A DNA stretch of 64,000 nucleotides from Eledone cirrhosa (taxonomy: Eukaryota): contig OZ024745.1 of assembly GCA_964016885.1 (NCBI GenBank), positions 120,590,001 to 120,654,000 of the forward strand. The letters run 5' to 3'. The notes beneath the pieces were generated by a model. That model saw only the letters and a program-made list of their open reading frames with translations. It searched no databases and was not told the origin of the DNA. Made by a program: the position numbers and the translations under genes. Positions within the stretch are counted from its first letter, which is position 1; every line of letters begins with the position of its first letter. This document shows positions 1 through 13,050 of this stretch, piece by piece.

Positions 1-205
1 GAGAGAGAGAGAGAGAGAGAAAATGTGTGTAGTTATAGTTACAATATATTCTTTCAATAGCAAACCACCTGAAACTGCAAGATTTTTATGATGGAAAACT
101 ATATTTTTTTAAGTAAAAATCTTCAGTCATAATTTTATGTAAGAAAATTTGTTACAAATGCCAGCTTAATAAGAAAGTTGTTTAATTGTACGTGTAGTGA
201 ATAAA

Positions 206-290
206 ATATTGGGACGTCAAGTATGAAATTTGTAGGAATTTGTAGGAAAAAAACAAATTTCTACAAATTTCATACTTGACGACCCAATAT
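206..290. mobile_element. 85-bp fold-back mini-element (probable TIR-only Tc1/mariner-type MITE)
   Basis: 38-bp arms (206-243 / 253-290, 2 mismatches) around a 9-nt purine loop. The ends TATTGGG(A/T)CGTC resemble mariner-type TIR starts. Confidence 0.55.
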
Positions 291-375
291 ATCACATGAA
301 AATAATATAAGTTTAGTTATAAGAATGTTCATCTTTCCATGAAGTATGATAGAAACTTTGCATATATGTGTATAT

Positions 376-816
376 GTGTGACGTTGGAACTAGGGTCCTC
401 CACCTCCAGCTTACTTACCCTCTGCCTCTTGGTCCTGGCTGACAGGATGGAGAATACAGAGCAAGGGAGATGCGCTAGAACAGTCACTCCATTCTGATAG
501 CAGTGAGCAGGGATGTGGTCTGGGGGCTAAGAATGCCGGAAGTCTCCACTGCTACAGGCTCTACCACAAACCTATCACATGAGCAGGATGTGGTCCAGGG
601 GCCAAGAACACCAGAAGTCTCCACAGTTACAGGCTCTACCACAAACCTATCACATGAGTAGGGATGTGGTCCAGGGGCCAAGAACGCCAAAAGTCTCCAC
701 GGCTACAGGCTCTACCACAAACCTATCAGAGAATGGCCGATACTTAGACAGTTTTCCCTCTTCGGTCTAGTGGGCAGCAGAGCCTGGGCTGGTAGCTACT
801 TACACCAGGTGGCCAC
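376..816 (+). repeat. Interspersed repeat (family C-related) with an internal 3x ~76-bp tandem; TG...CA ends, possible solo LTR
   Basis: The unit gagcagggatgtggtc...ctacaggctctaccacaaacctatcacat starts at ~505, 581 and 656. It shares gggagatgcgct, ccagaagtctccac and ggccgatactt with 20587-20915. Confidence 0.5.
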
Positions 817-1124
817 ATTTTCAAAATTATATGAAAATCATTGGCAGTATCTTTCATTTGAAATATGGTAATGTTAAAGATGTCAAAATATCAATGTATG
901 AAAGAAAAAAAAAAAAAAAAGGAGATAGCAAAATGTCAAATTAGTTCAAAAGAGTATGTTAGTTGAGTTTTAGTGTTGAACTGTATTGATATTTAAACAA
1001 GGATATGTGTATTGACTCTGAACATCCTGTACCACATGAAACCACATAAATAAGACAATTTTGAAAATTACAAAATAGCGCTATGACTACAGCGCAATAA
1101 AAACTAAAGTATTTACTCTAATAA

Positions 1125-1255
1125 TAATTGTTTCTACGTTTGGCACAAGGCCAGGAATTACCCAGTGCATTACTAGTACCTTATTTTATCGACCCTGTAA
1201 GGATGAAAGGCAAAGTTAACCTCGGCGGGATTTGAACTCAGAATGGCAAGAGTCA
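1125..1255 (-). mobile_element. tRNA-derived SINE family A, partial
   Basis: Reverse complement of the family A core gagttcaaatcccgccgaggttaactttgcctttcatcctta...gtcgataaaataa. Confidence 0.8.
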
Positions 1256-1369
1256 GTCCACAAGCAAAGATGATATTATTTGAAGTAACAAACCCGTTTT
1301 TATATATTTTCTGCTAAATCAAATCAGAGTGTTAAGGGTTAAGAAGGCTTTGTGGGTAAGTAGAATCCA

Positions 1370-1935
1370 GGAAAAGAAAGATAACTGTCTTCACTTCTTT
1401 CTTGTGGAATCAGATTTTGGCTCTTTTTGAAGCAAAGAACATGATTAAAATGAAGCAGGCTGAAGGAGTCATCTGTTGAAGGGTGTTTAATATCAAAGTC
1501 GATGCTATTGTGGATGGTACTGACTTTCTCATGTATTCTCATGGCTTTGTGTGTGGTGCCCTTTGTTCCAAGTCATCCATTGTTCGGGTGGCTATGCCCC
1601 CCCCCCCCCTGGTCCCACTATGTCTGGATCCCAACAGGAGGTAAGTGGCTTGTCAGGAGGTCACTGACTTGTTGAGAGATAACTAGCTCATTGGCTTGTC
1701 AGGAGCTTGTCAGGAGCTATCTGGCTTGCTGGGGAGTGGTGCCTTTGAATATGTTGGGTTCTCCAGAAGAGATAGGAAGCCTGCTGCAAATCTCTCCTCC
1801 TTCCATACATTGCTGGACTGTTTGTATGGAGGCTGATGGTGATATACTGGTGTACATCAAACACACATCAAGGCTGAATGTCAGGTGTTGTCCACAAAGT
1901 CTTTTGTGGGGCGCTTATGGAGAAGTTCTATAAGA
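1370..1935 (-). pseudogene. Penelope-like element reverse transcriptase fragment
   Basis: The minus strand reads FSLDVCLMYTSISP (PLE RT motif SLDVxSLYTxIP) near 1840-1880 and IHNSIDFDIKHP...FSLLHF (PLE RT H..I.F..E....L.FLD region) near 1450-1515. Disrupted. Confidence 0.6.
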
Positions 1936-2894
1936 TGCCAGTTACTTCTCAATGAGACCTAAACTCAGCACAACCCTAGAAAACCTAACAATGAACAATC
2001 TAGAACAAAGGGCACTACACCCCAGGTGCCATATCATACTGAATCAGTGGACAATACACTAATGCTGACCCATTCCAGACATTAAACACCATCTACTATA
2101 ACATCACCATCATTTTACATCTGTTGTTCCATGCTTGCATGAATTGGATAACTCCTATGTTGCCTGAGATACACTAACATGTCATAAAAGATATAGGGAA
2201 AAACTTAGGAGTGGAAAAGGACAAGTAATGGAGATAAGAAAAGGAAAGAGAAGAAATTATGATGAGGGAGGATACAAATATTAACCATTACAATGAGGCA
2301 GTGAGGAAAAATGGGTATAAATAACACCCACCTTGTTTCCACAGTTTTTGATATCATCAGTATGGAAAGGGTCTAAAACAGGAATGAATACTGATGTTCC
2401 TTCTATGACTAATTTATTGAAAAGCAAGCTGCATAAATAAGTATATAATATGGTATGGTCCTGTAACTCCTGATGGAGTTGTAGGGGCACCATAGTGGCA
2501 TACAGCATTTCTTGGGCATTTGGAGCCTGGTGGAGTTCCTACCTCTTCAGCTCTGATCACAGCAGATTTCTCCCAGAGAAGGATAGAAAGTGAGAAAGAG
2601 GAAGTGAGAAAGAGATATAGAGGAAGAATTGACCCGAGTACTAGACTGGTGCTTTTTTATAGACCTTGAATGGATGAAAAGCAAAGCTGACCTCAGCAAG
2701 ATTTGAACTCAGAGAGCAGAGCGCCAGACCAAATAATTCAAAGCATTCTATCCAACGTTTTAATGACTGCCAATTCGCCTATAAATGAGTATATAGATGT
2801 GGATATAAAGGTACAGATGAATATATACAAATGAGTAGATAGATGTGAATGTATAATCACAGGTGAATATATATACAGATGAGTAAATATATCA

Positions 2895-3295
2895 TCACAA
2901 TCATCACCGTTTTACGTCCACTCTTCCACGCTAGCATGGGTTAGACAGGTTGTCCTGTTGAGGGCAATGCCAGGTCGAGTAACCTTGTCTTGCTCATACG
3001 GGAACTGATTTTGGCTTGATTTCTACAGCTGGATACCCTTCCTAACACCAACCTCATTTTCAGTGAGTACTGGGAGCTTTTTTACCGTGGCGCCTACACA
3101 GCCACTATACAGTGTGAGCTGGGTACTTTTTTTACCGTGGCGCCTACACAGCCACTATACAGTGTGAGCTGGGTACTTTTTTTACCGTGGCGCCTACACA
3201 GCCACTATACAGTGTGAGCTGGGTACTTTTTTTACCGTGGCGCCTACACAGCCACTATACAGTGTGAGCTGGGTACTTTTTTTACCGTGGCACCT
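2895..3295 (-). mobile_element. RTE-related SINE/non-autonomous element with an internal 50-bp tandem repeat (~4.5 copies)
   Basis: RTE-type 3' end (acccatgctagcgtggaa...ggacgtaaaacggtgatga) and the ggtgttaggaaggg core. tttaccgtgg recurs at 3081, 3131, 3181, 3231 and 3281. Confidence 0.8.
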
Positions 3296-3692
3296 ACACG
3301 CCTACACATATAGATGTGAATATATAATCACAGGTGAATGTATACAAATGAGTAGATATATAGATGCGAATATATATAGATGTGAATATATAATCACAGG
3401 TGAATATATACAAAAATATCTACAGTTGGCAGACCATGAAAAATTAAAGAGCAGACACTCCACACCAATTAAAAAAAAAAAATTAAAATAATATAATATC
3501 CAAAATAGATTTTAAAATGGTGTTGGACAGACAGACTAACTTAAATATACATGTGTGCTTGTGTGTGCTTGTGTGTGTTAGTTTGTGTATGAGCAAGACA
3601 TGATTAGCTGATGTGTTTGGTCTCAGTCAGTGATAACCCATCTAACCCATAACACCATAAAAAATGAATGAAAAGTGAGGATGTCTTTCTCT

Positions 3693-3803
<111 letters not shown>

Positions 3804-4038
3804 CGTGCACGCGCGCTACATTTTATATTTCTTTGAGTTAAAGTCTAAAAAATAGATGTTTTCATGGACTACTAATGATATATATATATATATATATGTG
3901 TTCATACACACACATGGGTGGTATATATGTATGTATATACACACACACACACATATGGGTGGTATATATGTATGTATATATGCACACACACATGGGTGGT
4001 ATATATGTATGTATATATACACACATGGCTGGTATATG

Positions 4039-4079
<41 letters not shown>

Positions 4080-4083
<4 letters not shown>

Positions 4084-4432
4084 CAATCAGACTTGGTCTG
4101 GGGGGAGGGGGGGGGTAGAGTGTACTAGCTATATGGTTGGGTAATAGCTAGTATTTATGTCACGGTCCTGTAATTTGGTGACCATAGAGGTCAATAAAAG
4201 ACCAGTAACATACCACCAGAGACCAATTTATATAGCACTCTCTTCTCAAAAACTTCATAAAAATATTCATAACCCCTTCCTCCACCTCCTAACATACCAC
4301 TCAATAAACAAGAGAACATCTGGATGTTTGGTCTGCTAGAAATAACAACCAAATCTACCTCAATTCACACTTTACTGTCCTAAAAGAAAGGATGGATACA
4401 TTATATAATGTAGCTTCAGATACTACTACTAT
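4080..4432 (+). repeat. ~350-bp segment duplicated at 7988-8335
   Basis: Near-identical sequence from agtgcaatcagacttggt to agatactactactatta at both sites. Confidence 0.9.
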
Positions 4433-4466
<34 letters not shown>

Positions 4467-4530
4467 GTCTAACCCATGCTAGCGTGGAAGATGGACGTTA
4501 AACGAAGATGATGATGATGATGATGATGAT

Positions 4531-4725
4531 ATAATTGTTTCTATTTTTAGCATTAGCACAAAGCTAGCAATTACCCCAGTGCATTACTGGTGCTTTATTT
4601 TATCGACCCCGTAAGGATGAAAGGCAAAGTTAACCATGTCAGGAGTTGAACGCAGAACGTAAAGGGCCATAACTCTATGCAGCAAAGCATGGTGTTTGAT
4701 GCTCTACTGATACTGCCAAGCCACT
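4531..4725 (-). mobile_element. tRNA-derived SINE family A
   Basis: Reverse complement of the family A copy at 7257-7445. Confidence 0.85.
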
Positions 4726-4941
4726 GCCCATATAATACATATATGACAATGATGATGATTATATATATTTGCCTAAGTGCTGGGCGGACTTCAGTTTTGT
4801 GAAAGATTTGACAACCTTTCTTGTGATGATGCACTCAGTGGACCACCCCACCCCCACCACATGTCAGGGAGGTCAGTACTGACTTCATCTATGAAGACCC
4901 ATCAAACTCTTGCTAGCAGGGAAAGCAGGACAAAATTACAA

Positions 4942-4975
<34 letters not shown>

Positions 4976-5040
4976 GTGGTGGTAGTGGTGGTGGTGGTGA
5001 TGGTGCTGGTGCTGCAGCTGCTGATATATATATATATAAA

Positions 5041-5415
5041 GAGTCAGGACCCTTACGTCTAAGCCTCCGGCCGTTTCGACAGCTAGATCTGAACTAAGTC
5101 AGCAGTATTAGGACGGTGGGAATCTAGCTGAATTTATCAACGGGTACAGTCCATATATGGGCATGCAGACAGAAAAAAAAAAGCAGAAATATCAAATCAA
5201 ACAATCCTAAAAATTTGTTGTTATTTTTGATAAGTTCAGCTAGATTCCTGCCGTCCTAATACTGGTGACTTAGTTCAGATCTAGCTGTCGAAATGGCCGG
5301 AGCTCAGCCGTCGGGGTCCTGACTATTTTTCTATTATCCACTCTACTACCCTAAGTATCGAATACTCTGGTGCATTAGGGTTCACCTGGTATCTTACCAC
5401 ATTTTCTTTCTTTTA
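5041..5415 (+). mobile_element. Fold-back element in (TA)n, probable Penelope-like terminus with a degenerate HHR
   Basis: Inverted arms ~5042-5140 / 5228-5323 and a unique tail 5324-5415 next to (TA)n. The arm has a cagctagat/atctagctg stem followed by GAAA and the palindrome cggccg. The tail resembles 36743-36800 (minus). Confidence 0.6.
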
Positions 5416-5430
5416 TATATATATATATAT

Positions 5431-5690
5431 CATCATCATCATCACCGTTTTACGTCCGTTCTTCCACGCTAGCATGGGTTAGACGGGTTGTCCTGTTGTG
5501 GGCAGTGTCTGGTCGGCTGACCATGCCTTGCTCATACAGGAACTGATCTGGCTTGATTTCTACAGCTGGATGCCCTTCCTAACACCAACCTCATTTACAG
5601 TGAGTGCTGGGTGCTTTTTCGTGGCGCCTACACGTCCACTTTACAGTGTGGGCTGGGTGCTTTTTTGCCGTGGCACCTCCACGACCACCT
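5431..5690 (-). mobile_element. RTE-related SINE 3' part
   Basis: (CAT)n tail, ttttacgtccg...catgggttagacgg, and the ctacagctggatgcccttcctaacaccaacc core. Confidence 0.85.
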
Positions 5691-5736
5691 TGCGGTGGGG
5701 GGTGGGGGGGGGGGGGGGGCATATTGTTTATATGCT

Positions 5737-6232
5737 TCAGCATGTACCCATGGGAGGTCGGGTACCCTGTATTACTGCGTGACGCCAGAAGTCACGGTCG
5801 TGTGTCATTGACTTTGAGAGGTGTAGTTGGGTAAGGTCGGCTTTTATCACCTCATCCCAAGTCATCTTGGGTCTCCCCACTCCGCGGTTTCCATCAACTT
5901 CTAGTGCTCTGCACCTTTTTATGCAGCTGTCATCCTTCATACGCATCACATGTCCATACCAGCGTAACCGCCTCTCCTGCACGCAGCATTTGATTCCTCT
6001 TATGCTCAGTCTCTCTCTCAATTCATTTATGCTTTGTCGTTCACGTATATTACTGTTACACATCCATCGGAGCATGCAGGCTTCGTTTCTCTCTAATCTA
6101 CGTAAGTCTTCCACCTTCAGCGCCCAGGTCTCACTACCATGCAACATCGCTGTTCGGATACACGCATCATACAGTCTGCCTTTCATTCTGAGGGAGAAGC
6201 CTTTTGCAGCTAGCAGTGGTAGTAGTTCCCTA
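5737..6232 (-). pseudogene. RTE-clade LINE, C-terminal ORF fragment
   Basis: LYDACIRTAMLHGSETW...ERNEACMLRWMC...RRLRWYGHVMR...GRPKMTW, the typical RTE C-terminus. Confidence 0.92.
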
Positions 6233-6233
6233 T

Positions 6234-6282
<49 letters not shown>

Positions 6283-6285
<3 letters not shown>

Positions 6286-6660
6286 ATGTCTTATGGTAGC
6301 TAAGATGCGTCCATAGGTGGTATGCCGGTTGAGCACTCTATGCTCCTACCGAGCAGAGTATGATAAAATGAAAAACGAAGAATCAGTGATGCATCGGAAC
6401 TCAATTTATTAAGTATTACAATTGTTTCCCCGGCGAACAGTTCGAGGTGCGATCTGTGTGTGGATCGAACCTGACTCTGGATTTCTCGGTGAAAGAGGAT
6501 TTGCTCTGAAATCACTAGACGTGTCTGAGGAACCTGCGAATCCAGAGTCAGGTTCGATCCACACACAGATCGCGCCTCAAGCTGTTCGCCGGGGAAACAA
6601 TTGTAATACGTAATAAATTGAGTTCCGATGCATCACTGATTCTTCGTTTTCCATTTTATA
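6283..6660. mobile_element. Fold-back Penelope-like terminus in (TA)n
   Basis: ~120-bp inverted arms 6364-6483 / 6539-6658 and a unique tail 6283-6363, flanked by (TA)n on both sides. Contains an HHR. Confidence 0.75.
6520..6610 (+). ncRNA. Type I hammerhead ribozyme motif with extended stem II
   Basis: Stem I cgtgt/atacg; CUGAGGA 6525-6531; stem II cctgcgaa...ttcgccggg enclosing an inner cgatc/gatcg hairpin; GAAA 6594-6597; palindrome caattg; UA cleavage site 6604-6605; AATAAA follows. Confidence 0.75.
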
Positions 6661-7256
6661 TATATATATATCAAATTACAAGGTAGAGTTAGAAACACAC
6701 AGTAATCCCCTATGATCAGGGAGCTCAAGGAAGAGAGACCAAGTTCTTTATAAATGATAGCAATGAAAGAAAGGCACACAATAAATTATGTCAGATAATA
6801 GGGGATAAAGAGTACCTCTTTATATATATATAACTGTTAGCAGCTAACAGAAGAGATTCAGAATAGGTGGGTGGTTCTAAAAATTCTATGTGGTGCAGTG
6901 CAGGTAGTATACCAACTAGCTCCCTAATATCACTGCAGTCAAATTGACATAAAAATATATATAATACTACTACCACCACTATAATTACTATTACTGATAC
7001 CATGTGACTGCAATTACTACTTTAACTACCTCTTTATCATACTATCGAAAGGCTCTGTATATGGTCACTCAACTGAGCTAGAAATAGAGGCCAAATTCCC
7101 CCAATTTATACTCTGCTGTCTTATAAAAAGGAAACAACAGTAGTCTGTAAGATATGTATTAGGTTGTCAAGACTGCCATGCCTTTGATCTTGCTTTTGTC
7201 AATCAGGCCAGGCCTGAGGCTAAACAACAACTATATAAATATTACTAATAACTCAA

Positions 7257-7445
7257 TGGATTGGCAGTATCGGTAGAGCATAAGACGCCACGCTTTTCAG
7301 CATAGAGTTATGGCCCTTTACGTTCTCAGTTCAAATCCTGCCGAGGTTAACTTTGCCTTTCATCCTTATGGGGGGTCGATAAAATAAAGCAGCAGTAATG
7401 CACTGGGGTAATTGCTGGCCTTGTACCAAAAGTAGAAACAATTAA
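7257..7445 (+). mobile_element. tRNA-derived SINE family A, full length with TSD
   Basis: A-box-like tggcagtatcgg and B-box-like agttcaaatcc; flanked by the duplicated taataactcaa. Confidence 0.9.
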
Positions 7446-8409
7446 TAACTCAAATACACTATTTTTGACCACCAGCAGTTGACAACAAATGTTCCAGTTA
7501 ATTTCATCAATGGAACCGCCTGCTTATGAAATTAGCATATAAGTGGTTGAATATTCCACAGATACATCTACCTTTAACGAAATTCCCAGTGAGATTCAAT
7601 ATGACGCATGTGTGACAAGTTTGAACTAAAAGTACTAACAACTCATTTTTTCCAGCTGAGGGAACTGGAGAAACATGAGATAAAGTGCAGTGTTCAAGGA
7701 CACAATACTTTACCAGGTATCAAGCTCAGGCTCTTACAATTGTGAGCCAAACAACCTAACCACAATCACTGGAAAAAACACTACTAACACCATCTTCAGC
7801 ATAACTACAGCTAACACAACACCATTTCCACCATAATTACAGCTATCACCACCACCGTCTCTACCATAACCACAGCTAACACCGTCACCACAATTTACAT
7901 TCATACCACCCCCATAAAATACACTGTTTGTCCCACCAGATACTTATAACATCTAACTAAGGTCTGTAATATCAGTAGGTGAAACTAGTGCAATCAGACT
8001 TGGTGGGGGGTAGAGTGTACTAGCTATATGGTTGGGTAATAGCTAGTATTTATGTCACGGTCCTGTAATTTGGTGACCTTTCACACCATAGAGGTCAATA
8101 AAAGACCAGTAACATACCACCAGAGACCAATTTATATAGCACTCTCTTCTCAAAAACTTCGTAAAAATATTCATAACCCGTTCCTCCACCTCCTAACATA
8201 CCACTCAATAAGCAAGAGAACCTCTGGATGTTTGGTCTGCTAGAAATAACAACTAAATCTGCCTCAATTCACACTTTCCTATCCTAAAAGAAAGGATGGA
8301 TACATTATATAATGTAGTTCTAGATACTACTACTATTATTACTACTACTGCTGCTGCTACCACTACTACTACCGCCACCACCGCTGCTGCTGCTGCTACT
8401 ACTTCTACA

Positions 8410-8453
<44 letters not shown>

Positions 8454-8840
8454 AACTACTAACACCAGTATGACTTCATAATATGTACCATGCTTTTGTT
8501 AAGGGTTTGAAGTGTCCATGCAGACATGAGCTGACACAGATACCCACCTGATCCTCCTCCTTTCACAATATCACAATTGCTATTTACTCTAACAATACCA
8601 TCCTTACAGTCTTTCAGTTTGTTCCCTCTCCACTCTTATTATCTTATCTGGTTAAAGCCACATATATTTCCAAACTAGAACACCTCCTGCCTATCTGCTG
8701 CTGTAGAAACTTCTGTAGATAAGAGTCAGGGTTAAATACTTCCCTAAATTGGAGCAAACAGATTGTCTTTCCTCACTCATCATGACTACTTTGAGACAAT
8801 TTTGCATCATAGAACTAAGGACAGTTTGGTATCAAAAGAG

Positions 8841-9069
8841 TTAACCCTTTAATATTTATGTTACTCTATATTTACTATTATATTTTCATGGTAAAAGCTT
8901 TACCTCACATAATTATCTCACATAATATCGAATCTATGAGATTTTGATATTATTTATTTTGAGAACAATACCTTAACATCAGTATGGGTGGCTGGTTACA
9001 GCCAGTTTGAACAGAAAGAGGTGAGAGAATTCTGGCCGGATACAGCCGGTTTAAATACTAAAGGGTTAA
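8841..9069 (+). mobile_element. piggyBac-type MITE (family D)
   Basis: TTAA|CCCTTT...AAAGGG|TTAA ends, ~225 bp; about ten copies in the window. Confidence 0.85.
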
Positions 9070-9619
9070 ACTTAAACTTATAGACCTCAAAAGACTAGGA
9101 GTTAAGCTCCTAGAAAAGTGGATCTATGACCTGGTTTCATTTCAAATATTGTAAACATTTTCCCTCCCCTTACTATATGCCCTTGGGAACACCAAGACTA
9201 CCATTTACCCCAATCATAAAGTCCTTAGGTCTCATCACCATGACTACTTTAAGAAGGTAACTGAACAATTGCAGTGTACTCTATGACACTATAAAACTAC
9301 ATACATCCACAAGGATATATAATATTTCAAAAAGCAACTAAATACCTATATTGATATTGTCAGCCATATTATAATTAGTATGGTACATACATGACTGAAT
9401 ACACCTAAATAATCATGTAAAAACATTTAATAAGATGGAAGGGTCAATAGTGTAAAAATACACACACTTGTACACCAGGTCCAACACAGAGGAGCCAAAC
9501 TCCCACTGTCATCGCCTCCGTCTCTCTCACCCTCCCCATCTCTCACTATTATGACTGAATTGAATTTAAACTTCTCTATAGTATGAAAACCAATAAGATG
9601 TGTGTGTGTGTGGAAACTA

Positions 9620-10015
9620 CACTGCCATCACCACCACTACACCACTACTATACCACCATCATCACCACTACACCACCATCACCACCACTACACCACCATC
9701 ACCACCACTACACCACCATCATCACCACTACACCACCATCACCACCACTATACCACCATCACCACCACTATACCACCATCACAACCACTATACCACCATC
9801 ACCACCACTACACCACCATCACCACCACTACACCACCATCACCACCACTATATCACCATCACACCACCATCACCACCACTATACCACCATCACCACCACT
9901 ATACCACCATCACAACCACTATACCACCATCACCACCACTACACCACCATCACCACCACTACACCACCATCACCACCACTATACCACTACACCACCATCG
10001 CCACCATCATCACCA
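9620..10015. repeat. 20-bp minisatellite (accaccactacaccaccatc)n
   Basis: Visible 20-bp period; explains the His/Thr/Pro-rich ORFs. Confidence 0.95.
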
Positions 10016-10465
10016 TGACCGGTACCCCAGGTACCCCATCGTTGTTTTACATCAGTTATTTAATGCTGGCATGGGCTGTCATGGGCTGTCATCAACTGTC
10101 ATGCTTCAGTCCATATCAATGAGTTGTGTGTCTAAAAGGTTCGACTGGGTACATTTCATTGTACCCTACTCTTCAAATACCAGAGAAGTTGCCATATGTT
10201 GGAAGACTAGAGTCCTCTCTTGCTTGGAGTTATGTGTAGCCAGTCATTTAGTTTGGGAAGTCTATATCTCTCCCCTAGCAGGGAAACTGGATCTTAAAAC
10301 GACAATGATAATGATGGTGGTTACAGAAGCTCTGCTGCAGTACTGTATTAGTCTCTGTAGACATGCCCAACTCTTGCTAGCAGGGAAAGTGGATATTAAA
10401 ACGATGACACTGATGATATATATAAAGTTACATCTGCATTCATACACACACACACACACATATAT

Positions 10466-10797
10466 ATCATTTCATTTTACGCCGCTTTTCCCTGCTTGCA
10501 AGGGTGGGACGGGAACTGATTCTGGCTTGATTTCTACAGCTGAATGCCCTTCCTAACACCAACCTCATTTACAGTGAGTGCTGGGTGCTTTTTTGCCGTG
10601 GCACCTCCACGACCACTTTGCAGTGGAATGATAAGGACCCCAGTCCCTATCATCTCATTTCTACAGCTGAGTAAACTGGAGCAATGTGAAATAAAGTGTC
10701 TTGCTCAAGGAAACAACACATCACCCGGTCTGAGAATTGAACTCACAACCTTTTGATTGCAAGGCCAATGCTCTAACCACTAAGTCATGTACCTCCA
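10466..10797 (-). mobile_element. tRNA-head CORE-like SINE with RTE-type tail (family B)
   Basis: Reverse complement of 50755-51100. Confidence 0.9.
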
Positions 10798-11984
10798 TTG
10801 TATATATATATATACAGTGGAACCTCAGTTCATGAAAGGTGTCTTGAGTAACAAAAACAATGGTTGGCAACAAGCTTGGAGTATTGGCGGGAAAACGTCA
10901 CTTGCTGTGTAGTTAGTTAGTTCCACTCCACTTGGTAAGCGAATGAAGTCTGGGAACTTGTTGATCATTTAAAAGGAATAGATAATGATAATGTCTATAG
11001 AAGGCTCCATAGAAGTAGTTGATAGATTCTGTTGCCTATGTGGCCTTATTTGCAGGGGTCTTTGAAAGCACAGTTACTAGAATAAAAACAGGATAGAAAA
11101 AGTTTAGGTAACTACTACTACTGCTGTCAATAAAAGGATTCTCTCTCAGAGCAAAGAGTAGATTGTATGATGTACAATGTATATGTAGTGCAATGCTGTA
11201 TAATAGCAAGATATGGGCATTAAATATGGGAGATGTATAAAGGTTGGTAAGGAATAAAGCCAGCATACCCAGCTGGATGTCTCATAAGCATGAAAGACAA
11301 AGTACAAATGAGAGAAAAACTGAGTATAAGAGAAATCAGATGTTGTAAACAAGAAAGAAGATTGCATTGATATGAACATATAATGCATATATATTATGAC
11401 AGTTTGAAAAAAAAAGTGCTGTGAGTTCCAAGTGGAAGGAAGCTGCAGAAGAGGAAACCATTGACAGAGGAGGTGAATGAAAGCTGATCTGAGGATGGTG
11501 AACTTCACAAAGGAGATGATAAAAGAACACGAGTGGCAAGATGTAGAGTTGAAGAGGATCCATTTAATTTATGCAAGCATGAAAAAAAAGACATAAAAAT
11601 GATGATGATGATGATAGCGACAATGATGATGATGATGATGACAATGATAATGATGATGATGATGTAGAAACTTAAGCAAAATAAATCATTTCTGTTGATG
11701 AACTTAATAATTCATTGCTGTTTTGTTTTTAACATATCATAAATCTCTCCTTTTTATCTGATATTTCTTCAAAGGAAATATGATAAATATAGCATATGAT
11801 CTCTGCTCCAGGGAATATGAATTGCTTCAAATAAAATTGAATTTTTTATCCAATGATAAGCATCCAAGTGAGTGAACATTTATTTCCCTGGTTGTAATAT
11901 TACTATTTCTCACAAATTAATTATAAAACTGTTCAATATTAAAAACAAAAAATTAAATTACGTTAATTTCTCCTTGTCATCATC

Positions 11985-12216
11985 ATTGCCATCACAACAA
12001 AAAGCACCCAGTCTACACTGTAAAGTGGTCGTGTAGGAGACAGGGTAAAAAGCACCCAACACACACTGTAAATGTGGTTGGCATTAGGAAGGGCATCCAA
12101 CTGTAGAAATCTAGCCAGAAACAGTCCTATATGAGCAAGACACGGTCATCTGACCCAACTTGCCTCTACTGGGACAAACCTGTCTAACCCATGCTAGCGT
12201 GGAAAATAGACGTTAA

Positions 12217-12247
<31 letters not shown>
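11985..12247 (+). mobile_element. RTE-related SINE 3' part with (GAT)n tail
   Basis: aaaagcaccca module twice, ggcattaggaagggcatcca, and acccatgctagcgtggaaaatagacgttaaatgatgat. Confidence 0.85.
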
Positions 12248-12250
<3 letters not shown>

Positions 12251-12844
12251 CCAGGCTTGTATAGGTTAGACAGGTTGTCACATTATAAGACTAGCCAGGA
12301 CAGGTCAGGTGTCCATGTCTCACACAGATCTGTTTTGGACTTGGTTTCTATGGCTGAATGTTCTGTCTAATGCCAACCACATTATGGCATGGATTGGGTG
12401 CTTTTCATCATGACACCAGAACAACCACCTGACAGAGAGAAATGGGTACTTTTGTTGTTGTGGTACCAGTACTATTACCATATAGAGTAGACAGGGTGCC
12501 TTTTTGTTATAGCAACAGTACTGTAGGAGAGCAGTGTGGATCATGTTTGGCCTTTTATGTATATTTATAAATAGAGAAAACATTTTTGTGGAATTCAGAT
12601 TATTTTATAAAATAAATGCCACAGTTTATATATGTAAATATATTACAAGAAGTATACATTCCATTTTAATGTCATTGGTTTCTAAAGCTATACTTCTCCT
12701 TTACATTATGAGTTCAAATCTCAATGTACTGACTTTGCTCTTCTGTGTGGCGTACAAAAATGAAGTTAAAGCCAGGGAATGTTGTCAAAACAATTTCTTC
12801 CTTCTGCTAAAATATTTGACTTTTTTGCTCATAAGTGAAGTTAA

Positions 12845-13050
12845 GAGTGTAAAATTACACATACATGTACACCAGGTTCGAGCACAGAGGAACCAAACTC
12901 CCACTGTCATCACCTCTGTCTCTCCTGCTCTCCCCATCTCTCACTATTATGAGCAAATGGGATTCCATGCACTGGCTGCCCCAGTGGACAGAATAGAGAA
13001 GGCGTTTTCTTGGAGAATGGTGAGAGAGATGCACTGGAAGAGCCATTCTA
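12845..13050 (+). repeat. Interspersed repeat family C
   Basis: The ccaaactcccactgtcatcacctc...ctccccatctctcactattatga block is shared with 9445-9555, 20587-20915 and 57885-57985 (minus). Confidence 0.75.

Noticed and set aside
2325-2365. Additional minus-strand hammerhead (ctgatga...ggaaacaagg)
   Set aside because: Stem II and stem I do not pair convincingly, and there is no clear UH site.
9583-10556. His/Thr/Pro-rich extensin- or mucin-like ORFs
   Set aside because: These are translations of a 20-bp minisatellite open in several frames.
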